Below, piece after piece: positions 53,180-64,000 of a stretch of 64,000 nucleotides of DNA. The translations under genes and the position numbers were made by a program. Source of the DNA: Anaeramoeba ignava BMAN (Eukaryota; Protista; Anaeramoebae); contig JAPDFW010000103.1 in NCBI GenBank assembly GCA_028826165.1, positions 310,001-374,000 of the forward strand. Direction: 5' to 3'. Below the pieces are notes generated by a model. It saw only the letters and a program-made list of their open reading frames with translations, was not told the DNA's origin and did no database searches. Within the stretch, counting starts at the first letter, position 1, and every line of letters begins with the position of its first letter.

Positions 53180-56100
53180 TTAAACATCTTCATCTGCCTG
53201 AACATTAATTGGATCTCCTAATCGATCAAGAATTTCTTCAAGTTGTGAAAGTAAATCATTAAATCTTTGTTCATCTTGAATTTCTGTTTGCATTGTTTCA
53301 ACAATTTCAGTTTTGTTAAGAGTAACATATCTGTGAATATTAGCACATGAAATTTCAAGAACATCTTTAGGAAGTGGTGATGATTCAAATGAAAGTTCAT
53401 CTCTTGATTCATCATTGGGTGTAGAAATTGAATCAAGATAATTAATCATTTTTTCTTCATTTGTTGAAATAAAATCATTAACTGTATTCATATATTCTTC
53501 TTTAGCTCCAAAAAGTGTTCCATTTGCTAAATTTTGAAGAACTTTAGCAACAAGAATAAGTGTTCTTAAAAGTTCATCACTTGGTGGTTCTTTAAGAAGT
53601 CCAAATTCATCTGATGCTGTAATTGCTGGTGAAAAATATCTTAATACAACCATTCCTCCAAGTGATTGTGAAACTCGATCTGGGAATTTATGAAGAACTT
53701 CTTCTTTAAGATGTGAAAGAACAAATCTAAATTGAGGTGGGAAATTATCTGCATTCTTAACAATAGATGAGAAAATAGCTTGAACAGCTGCCATAAGATT
53801 GTATTTATTAACAGTTGTTGTTGAATCAGTATCAATACGATTAGGATCAAGTTCTATATTAGCCATATCTTGTGAAACCATAAGTTCATGAACAGTTTCA
53901 GAAAGAGATCCATGAATATAATTAATTCCATAAGCAAGATGACAATATGCTCCCCAAAGTTTAGAAGCCATTGAATAACCTCTGAAAAGAAGATCACCAT
54001 CATCACAAGTAGATACTTCTTTGGTAATGAAATATTTAAGAAGTTGTGGTGATTCTCCATTAGCTTCAAAAATATAAAGTAAAGAACGACCTAAATAACT
54101 TGCAACTTTAGTTTCAGAAGCAATACATAAACAATCAACTAATATCATATTTTCAATAAGTAATTGTTGAAGATCAAAGTATGCAGATTGAATATTGGGA
54201 CGTTTAAGTTTTTTACGATCTTGAGGAGAAATATAGAAATTTTCACCAAACAAAGATTCAACAGTAAAAATAGGTAAAGCAAGAATATGAGCCCATTTAT
54301 CTCTATCATGTCTTTTTTTCCAGAAAATAAAAGCAGCAGCAACAAGAATAATTCCTAATGCAGCCATACATGTTGAAAAGAATGCTAAGAAAGCAGCTCC
54401 ACTCATATTCAGTTTATCTCCCATTTTATCTGCCCATTTATCTGATGTTACTTCAGTGTCACATAAATCACCAGTCCAATGATCATAACATATGCAATGA
54501 CCTTCCATTTGATCACAATAACCATGTTCTCCACAATCAATTCCTTCACACCAAGAAATATTACAATGATCACCAGTCCAACCTTGATAACATGAACATC
54601 CACCAGTTTGATTAATACAATCACCATTTCCATTACAAACATCAACACTATCATTACAATATTTGAATTCACAATTACTTCCAAAATATCCAACATTACA
54701 AGAACATAATCCAGTATAAACAACACAAGTTCCATTATTACAATTAATTCCGTCACATAATCTTACTGTGCAATTAGGACCTGTCCATCCTTGAGTTGGA
54801 TCACAAATACATCCTCCTTCTGTTCCTTGATATGAACAATAATTATTTGAATTTGGAGCATCATCATTACAATTATCATGATCTCTTTCACATAAATTAA
54901 CATCACAATATTGACCTGAATAACTATCGTTACACCAACAAAATCCAACTGAACCAGAATCATCACACCATCCATTATTATTACATGTTTGATAAATTCC
55001 ATTTGGACATTTCAATACTGAACAATCATATCCCATATAAGCTTGTTCACAAATACAACTACTTGATGTTGTATTACAAGTTCCATGTCCACATTCACTA
55101 TCATTTGTACATCCAGCTATTATTATTATTTAATATAAGATTATAATTAAAATTTAAATTTTAGATTAAAATTTAAAAATTATATTACCTAATATTGTAA
55201 TATCAGGTGTTCCACTCATCCATCCTTTACTTTCATCCCAAGTAACATATAAAGTACCATTATTAAGAGGTGAAATATCAGGTAAAGTACATGTAATTGA
55301 ATTAGGAGGATTAACAAAAGATGCATCAGAAATCACATCTTGATATTTACATTTCCAATGAATAGTTAAATTGTTATATTGGCCATTTGCAACAACATTC
55401 CCAGTCAAATTAACTTGAATTGGTGATCCACCTCTTCCTTCTGTATTACCATATCCAGTAACTGTGGCTGAATATGTATAATTAACTTGAATTTGTGCAC
55501 AATCCCAATATGCCATTATAGATAATGGCGGATCATCTCCAGTTGTTCCTGAATGAGTCATAACATTTTTCATATTTATTCCAAAACTTCCATTATCAAA
55601 CTATAATCAATTCAATTCAAAAAGAAAAGAAAAAAAAAAAGATTAATTGATATTATTTTTATTTTGGTTTTGGTTTTGGTTTTGATTTTGAAATATAATA
55701 ATTACACTTTGATAATTCCAAGTTGCTCCTGCAAGATCATTTAATCCTCCAAAACTTTTGTTTCTTTGAACAGATGAACTAGATCCTGATATTGCCCAAT
55801 TATCTGGAGATGGAGTAAGTGTATAATCTACATTTCCATTTCCTGTTGCTAATTGACAAAGATCTTCGAGTAGGTCAGTGAAATAAGGATTATAATAATA
55901 ATCAGTACATCTCCGGAAAATCCACCAACCACTACATGTTTGAGTATGTCCTTGATTAAGTTTTCCATTTCTTTTAATCCAACCAGCAACTCCATGAATT
56001 TGAAGTGAATTTGTATCTGGAAATTTGAAACTATATCCTCGAAGATAAGATGTTGCAACTTCATTGTTAAGAAATTCGTTTGATGATGCTCCAGTTGCTA

Positions 56101-56409
56101 CTGTTGGATTAGTATCTGGTGAATATGTTCCTCCACAAGTATATAATTCATCTGTTCCAAACCATCCATCAACATATGAATAAGAACGAGGTTGATGCAA
56201 ATCTGTTAATCCTGTATAACTTATAACTTCACCTGCTCCTGAAATAAATCCAATCAATAAAATCACCAAAATAAATTTTGATAAAGAAATCCTATTTTAA
56301 TCAATTTATGAAAAAGAAAATAAAAGTAAATATTTTTTTTTGTTTTTGGATTAGTCAATATTATTTTTGTTATTATTTTTGTTATTTAACTTTAGTTTTT
56401 AACTTACAT
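53180..56409 (-). CDS. Receptor-like RasGAP copy 2, about 978 aa
   Basis: Exons 56409-56408, 56291-55706, 55600-55189, 55116-53180. Same architecture and intron positions as copy 1. Confidence 0.9.
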
Positions 56410-57485
56410 TTTTATTCTCTCTTTGTTTTTAAATAAAGAATGCTAAAAAAAAACAATCACAAAAAACAATTAAAATTTGAAAAGAAAAATGAATAATAAC
56501 AAAAATTTTTTTTTTTTGATGTTTTTATTCTTTTTTTTTTTTATTTACATTTTACCACCTTCTTATTTTCTTATTAAAAATTATTTTTGTCCTCTTAGCC
56601 GGACTATTACTAAAAATTAATAATCAACTTTTTTATTTTATTTTATTTTATTATTTTATTATTAAAAATTAAATTTGATCATTTTATTTATTTATTTATT
56701 AAATTAAATTAAATTAAAAAGAAAAAAAAAAAATTCTATTTGATTCCTTGTTTATTAAAAATTTTTTTTTTTTAATTTTTGTTTATATTATTTAAAATTG
56801 GTTTTAAATTAATTTTTAGAATTGATCATTTAACCAACTTTGAAACGTTTTTTTTAATTTCCTTTATAATTTATCCCTTTTTAGAAATTAATTATTTCTT
56901 CAATTTTCTCTTTTAAATTCCGGGGATCGACATCAATATTTTTCCTGTATATATTCCCTTATTCTTTTATATTTGTTTTTCTATATAAAAAAAAAGATTT
57001 ATTAACGAAATTTCCAAAAAAAAAAATCAAACAATTAGATTTGGACTGTATAACAGTGTTAAATTTAAATTTTATTGGGAATATAAAATATTTTTTGCTA
57101 TTTCTATCTACCCAATCCTTTTTTTAACCCTCAAACTTGTATCCTAATTGCTCTTTTCGTTTAAATGAGATGAATTCAAATTCCACTTTTTCCAAATAGA
57201 GATCGGATAATTATTGGTTAAAAAAAAAACTACAATTTTTGATCCTTCTTTTATTTCTTGATTCTTGATTATTCCCTCCAAAAAATAAATAAGATTTTGA
57301 TTATTATTTAATTCTTAAATTGTTTTTTTGAATTTTTTTTTTATTTTTTGGAATGGATTTTGTTTCTTTTCCAAGAAGAAAAAGAAAAGAAAAACAAACA
57401 AGAATCAAATTGAAAAAAAAATTGAAAGGAAAAGAAAAGAAAAGAAAAATCAGAATTAAAAAAGGAAAGGAAAAGAAAGAAGAAA

Positions 57486-60400
57486 TTAAACATCTTCATC
57501 TGCTTGAACATTAATTGGATCTCCTAATCGATCAAGAATTTCTTCAAGTTGTGAAAGTAAATCATTGAATCTTTGTTCATCTTGAATTTCTGTTTGCATT
57601 GTTTCAACAATTTCAGTTTTGTTAAGAGTAACATATCTGTGAATATTAGCACATGAAATTTCAAGAACATCTTTAGGAAGTGGTGATGATTCAAATGAAA
57701 GTTCATCTCTTGATTCATCATTTGGTGTAGAAATTGAATCAAGATAATTAATCATTTTTTCTTCATTTGTTGAAATAAAATCATTAACAGTATTCATATA
57801 TTCTTCTTTAGCTCCAAAAAGTGTTCCATTTGCTAAATTTTGAAGAACTTTAGCAACAAGAATAAGTGTTCTTAAAAGTTCATCACTTGGTGGTTCTTTA
57901 AGAAGTCCAAATTCATCTGATGCTGTAATTGCTGGTGAGAAATATCTTAATACAACCATTCCTCCAAGTGATTGTGAAACTCGATCTGGGAATTTATGAA
58001 GAACTTCTTCTTTAAGATGTGAAAGAACAAATCTAAATTGAGGTGGGAAATTATCTGCATTTTTGAGAATAGATGAGAAAATAGCTTGAACAGCTGCCAT
58101 AAGATTATATTTATTAACAGTTGTTGTTGAATCAGTATCAATACGATTAGGATCAAGTTCTATATTAGCCATATCTTGTGAAACCATAAGTTCATGAACA
58201 GTTTCAGAAAGTGATCCATGAATATAATTAATTCCATAAGCAAGATGACAATATGCTCCCCAAAGTTTAGAAGCCATTGAATAACCTCTGAAAAGAAGAT
58301 CACCATCATCACAAGTAGATACTTCTTTAGTAATGAAATATTTAAGAAGTTGTGGTGATTCTCCATTAGCTTCAAAAACATAAAGTAAAGAACGACCTAA
58401 ATAACTTGCAACTTTAGTTTCAGAAGCAATACATAAACAATCAACTAATATCATATTTTCAATAAGTAATTGTTGAAGATCAAAGTATGCAGATTGAATA
58501 TTGGGACGTTTAAGTTTTTTACGATCTTGAGGAGAGATATAGAAATTTTCACCAAACAAAGATTCAACAGTAAAAATAGGTAAAGCGAGAATATGAGCCC
58601 ATTTATCTCTATCATGTCTTTTTTTCCAGAAAATAAAGCCAGCAGCAACAAGAATAATTCCTAATGCAGCCATACATGTTGAAAAGAATGCTAAGAAAGC
58701 AGCTCCACTCATATTCAGTTTTCTTCCCATTCTATCTGCCCACTTATTTGATGACACAGAAACATTACATAAATCACCAGTCCAATATTTATCGCATTCG
58801 CAATGACCTTCTAATTGAACACAATAACCATGTTCTCCACAATCAATTCCTTCACACCAAGAAATATTGCAATGATCACCAGTCCAACCTTGATAACATG
58901 AACATCCACCAGTTTGATTAATACAATCACCATTTCCATTACAAACATCAACAGTATCATTACAATATTTGTATTCACAATTATCTCCAAAATATCCAAC
59001 ATCACAAGAACATACTCCAGTATAAATAACACAAGTTCCATTATTACAATTAACTCCGTCACATAATCTTACTGTGCAATTAGGACCTGTCCATCCTTGA
59101 GTTGGATCACAAACACATCCTCCTTCTGTTCCTTGATATGAACAATAATTATTTGAATTTGGAGCATCATCATTACAATTATTATGATCTCTTTCACATA
59201 AATTAACATCACAATATTGACCTGAATAACTATTATTACACCAACAAAATCCAACTGAACCAGAATCATCACACCATCCATTATCATTGCATGTTCCATA
59301 AGTTCCATTTGGACATTTCAATACTGAACAATCATATCCCATATAAGCTTGATCACAAATACAATTACCTGATGATAAATCACAATAACCATTTCCGCAA
59401 GAGCTGTTTTCGATACATGAGTCTTTTCAAATTAAAATTTAAAATTAAGATTCATTTATAATTAAAATTTAAAATTTAAAAATTATAATTACCTAATATT
59501 GTAATATCAGGTGTTCCACTCATCCATCCTTTACTTTCATCCCAAGTAACATATAAAGTACCATTATTAAGAGGTGAAATATCAGGTAAAATACATGTAA
59601 TTGAATCAGGAGGATTAACAACAGATGCATCAGAAATCACATCTTGATATTTACATTTCCATTGGATATTTAAATTGTTATATTGACCATTTGCAACAAC
59701 ATTCCCAGTCAAATTGACTTGAATTGGTGATCCACCTCTTCCTTCTGTATTTGCATATCCAGTAACTGTGGCTGAATATGTATAATTAACTTGAATTTGT
59801 GCACAATCCCAATATGCTGTTATAGACATGGCTGGACTATCTCCAGTTGTTCCTGTGTATTGCATAACATTTTCCATATTTATTCCAAAACTTCCATTAT
59901 CAAACTATAATCAATTTAATTCAAAAAGAAAAAAAAAATTAATATAATTTATTTTTATTTTGGTTTTGATTTTGATTTTGATTTTGAAATATAATAATTA
60001 CACTTTGATAATTCCAAGTTGCTCCTGCAAGATCATTTAATCCTCCAAAACTTTTGTTTCTTTGAACAGCTGAACTATCTCCAACTATTGCCCAATTATC
60101 TGGAGATGGAGTAAGTGTATAATCTACATTTGCATTTCCTGTTGCTAATTGACAAAGATCTTCAAGTAGGTAAGTAAAATAAGGATTATAATAATAATCA
60201 TGACAAGTCTGGAAAATCCACCAACCACTACATATTTGAGTATGTCCTTGATTAAGTTTTCCATTTCTTCCAATCCAACCAGCAACTCCATAAATTTGAA
60301 GTGAGGCTGCATCTGGAAATTTGAAACTATATCCTCGAAGATAAGATGATGCTGTATCACTAGCAAAAAATTGATATGATGCTGCTCCAGTTGCTACTGT

Positions 60401-60831
60401 TGGATTAGTATCTGGTGAATATGTTCCTCCACAAGTGTATAATTCATTTGTTCCAAACCATCCGTTAACATATGAATAAGAACGAGGTTGATGCCAATCT
60501 GTTAATCCTGTATAACTTATAACTTCACCTGCTCCTGAAATAAATCCAATCAATAAAATCACCAAAATAAATTTTGATAAAGAAATCCTATTTTAATCAA
60601 TTTATCAAAAACAAAATAAAAGTAAATATTTTTTTTTTTTGGATTAGTCAATATTATTTTTGTTATTATTTTAAATTTAGTTTTTAACAAATTGTAAATT
60701 GATCAACTTGTTAAAAACAAAAACAACTTGAAAAAAAAAATTTTTTTTTGTAATCGAAAATTAAATTAAATTAAAATAAATAATTAAATTGAATTAAACT
60801 AAATTAAACTAAATTTAAAAAAGGTTTACAT
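57486..60831 (-). CDS. Receptor-like RasGAP copy 3, about 978 aa
   Basis: Exons 60831-60830 (less certain), 60587-60002, 59904-59493, 59422-57486. Same architecture as copies 1 and 2. Confidence 0.88.
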
Positions 60832-61505
60832 TTGTTTGGTTGTAAAATAAACGCTAAAAGAAAACAATAAAAATCACACAATCAAAAAAAATGGATGAAA
60901 AAAAAAATAAATTTTTCCATTAACTTTTTTTTCTTTTAATCGGTTTTGTTTTTTTTTTATTTTTATTTGACATTTTAACCATTTCGATAATTTTTAAAAT
61001 GGTTTTTTTTTTATTAAACTTTCCGGATTCAATAAAAAAATTACTCATATTTTTTATTTTGATCTTTATCGATCATTTAAATAAATTGTTTCATCAAAAA
61101 AAAAAAAAAAAAAAACCAAATCACCACTTTTAAATTAATTAAAATAAAATTTTCTTTTTCGTTTTTATTTAAAATTAAAAATTAAAAATTAAAAATAAAA
61201 ATTCAAATTAAAAATTCAAATTAAAAATAACCACATCTTCATTTTTGATCAAAATCCTTCTATTTTTTTTTGATTATTTAATTAATTTTAAAACATTTTT
61301 TTAGATTCAATTTGCCATTATTTATTTCAATTCGCACAAATTTTGGAAATATTTTGGAAAATCTTAATTTGATTGAAAAGAATCAAGATAAAAAAAATTT
61401 TTTTGTTTTGTATCAAACAACTTGAACAAAAAACAAAAAGCAAAATTAAATGGTAAAATTTGAAAAGGAAAATATAAAAGAAAAGCAAAACAAAAAAACG
61501 GTTTT

Positions 61506-63420
61506 CTATAAGAAATAATCAGGAATTGCTTTTTTGGATGGAAATGCTCGATCTTCAAAAGGAGCAGCTTCAAAAACTTTAAAACTTTGATTTAAATTTT
61601 CATCAATTTCAAGAATTGCAGCTTGATTTCCGCATCGATAGCAGTAATTTGGAGCAGACCATACTGTTACTAATGATTTCTCAAACATGTAACTATATCC
61701 TTCCATAATTAATTGATGTGCTCGTGCTATCATATCTATATTATTTTTGCGACAGAAATCATGAACAATATCCCCTCCAAATGTAAATCCCGCTCCTCGT
61801 GGACTAGAACCCCAACCATCAACAACTAATTAATTTTATCAATGAATTTTATTAATTAATTTTGAATGAACTTAATGAATAAATTATATGAACATATTTT
61901 ATAATTTTATCAATAATTATGAATGAACTTAATGAATAAATTTTATCAATCCATTTTATAATTTTATTAATTAATTTTATCAATAAATTTGAATGAACTT
62001 AATAAATAAATTTTATCAATCTATTTTATAATTTTATTAATTAATTTTATCAATAATTTTGAATGAACTTAATAAATAAATTTTATCAATCTATTTTGAA
62101 TGAACTTAATGAATAAATTTTATCAATCCATTTTATAATTTTATTAATTAATTTTATCAATAATTTTGAATGAACTTAATAAATAAATTTTATCAATATA
62201 TTTTATAATTTTATCAATCTATTTTGAATGAACTTAATAAATAAATTTTATCAATCTATTTTATAATTTTATTAATTAATTTTATCAATAATTTTGAATG
62301 AACTTAATGAATAAATTTTATCAATAAATTTTATAATTTTATATTTTAATTTTATCAATAATTTTGAATGAACTTGATAAATAAATTTTATCAATCTATT
62401 TTATAATTTTATATTTTATAATTTTATGAATTAATTTTATATTTTATATTTTATATTTTATCAATAATTTTGAATGAACTTAATAAATAAATTTTATCAA
62501 TCTATTTTATAATTTTATATTTTATATTTTATATTTTATATTTTATATTTTAATTTGATAAATAAATTCTATAAATTATAAATTCCATTGATAAATTTTA
62601 TAAATCAATTTTATAAATCAATTTTATAAATCTATTCAAGATAAATTCCAATTTACTTTCAGGATCACTCCAAAGAAGATCACACATTGGTCCATCATGC
62701 GGAACTTCTTGTTTACGATCTATATTTCTAATCTATTAAAAACAATAAAAAAAGCAAACAAAATTGTTTGTTTGTTTTCAAATCTTTTTAATTTTTAAAA
62801 ATTTTTACTTCATCAATTGTCTCAATACTTGGTGATAATCCACCATGAACACAAAAGTAACGATTTCCGATCATTGCTCCAAGTGCAATATAATCAAAAA
62901 CTTCTGTGCAATATCTCCATACATTTATTCCTCCATATTTTTTAAGGCACTCATCATAAAATCCATAAACCTATTTACAGAATTTCGAGAATTAAATTGA
63001 AATAAAAGTGATATAGAATTTTAATTATAAATTTTAATTATAAATTTTAATTATAAATTTAATTATAAATTTTAATTATAAATTTAATTATAAATTTAAT
63101 TATAAATTTTAATTATAAATTTAATTATAAATTTAATTATAAATTTAATTTTAATTATTAATTATAAATTTAATTTTAATTATAAATTTTAATTTTAATT
63201 TTACTTGAGTTATTTGTCGACTTTCGTGATTTCCTCGAATTAATGTAATTCTTTTTGGATATCGGACCTTTAATGCAAGAAGAAGTAAAAAAGTTTCTAC
63301 TGAAAAATATCCACGATCTACAAAATCTCCCATAAAAAGATAATTTGTATAAGGGCATTGCCCTCCAATTGAGAAAAGCTCTTTTAAATCATAAAATTGA
63401 CCATGTACATCTCCACAAAT
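61506..63420 (-). CDS. PPP4C: Ser/Thr protein phosphatase 4 catalytic subunit (PP2A family); 5' exon(s) lie beyond the window
   Basis: [49 protein letters not shown] and [15 protein letters not shown]. The C-terminus [11 protein letters not shown] resembles PP4. Confidence 0.88.
61830..62640. repeat. Intronic minisatellite with a longer composite unit (core TTTTGAATGAACTTAATAAATAAATTTTATCAAT)
   Basis: The core recurs about ten times in the last PP4 intron. Confidence 0.8.
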
Positions 63421-64000
63421 CTAATTTATTTTATAAATTTAATTATAAATTTAATTATAAATTTAATTATAAATTTAATTATAAATTTAATTATAAATTT
63501 AATTATAAATTTAATTATAAATTTAATTATAAATTTAATTATAAATATAATTATAAATTTAATTATAAATATAATTATAAATTTAATTATAAATTTAATT
63601 ATAAATTTAATTATAAATTTAATTATAAATTTAATTATAAATTTAATTATAAATTTAATTATAAATTTAATTATAAATATAATTATAAATTTAATTATAA
63701 ATTTAATTATATATTTAATTATAAATTTTTGTTATAAATATAATTATAAATATAATTATAAATTTAATTATATATTTAATTATAATATAATTATAAATTT
63801 TTTGTTATAAATATAATTATAAATTTAATTATAAATATAATTATAAATTTAATTATAAATATAATTATAAATTTAATTATAAATTTAATTATAAATTTAA
63901 ATATAAATTTAATTATAAATTTAATTATAAATATAATTATAAATTTAATTATAAATTTAATTATAAATTTAATTATAAATTTTGTTATAAATATAATTAT

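Noticed and set aside
47424-59342. RasGAP triplication as an assembly artefact
   Set aside because: The copies differ by many substitutions, indels, distinct introns and unique spacers.
61830-62640. Repeat-spacer-like pattern resembling a CRISPR array
   Set aside because: The intervening sequences are themselves repetitive, the array sits in a spliceosomal intron of a eukaryotic gene, and there are no cas genes.

Overview
This is a very AT-rich, gene-dense stretch of a eukaryotic (protist) nuclear genome. It has GT-AG spliceosomal introns, many of them inflated by AT-rich tandem repeats. About 20 protein-coding genes can be assembled by hand: FKBP15-like PPIase, PH-RRM protein, 7TM protein, C2/CEP76-like protein, exportin-1 (CRM1), SEY1/RHD3, PB1-UBA adaptor, S-adenosylhomocysteinase, METTL2/6, PAS protein, pseudo-lipase, RBBP4/MSI1, kinesin-8, RhoGAP, three EGF-TM-RasGAP paralogs and a PP4 catalytic subunit. 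Highlights: (1) Two unrelated inteins sit in non-replication proteins. One is a 531-aa intein in CRM1 (DM|S...HN|SCDTF). The other is a 283-aa intein in the kinesin-8 P-loop (GAGK|S...THN|T) that carries the class-3 W-C-T signature. (2) A three-copy array encodes single-pass receptor-like RasGAPs with a nearly invariant GAP domain and a variable ectodomain. (3) A 2.2-kb TTAA-flanked, Kolobok-like DNA transposon is nested in intron 1 of SAHH. (4) A strand-specific TCATTTT initiator-like motif recurs in short bidirectional promoters, and many 3' splice sites have A-rich acceptors. The intein density, the SAHH type and the composition suggest a metamonad such as Anaeramoeba (inference, not verified). 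All exon structures were read manually and are unconfirmed.
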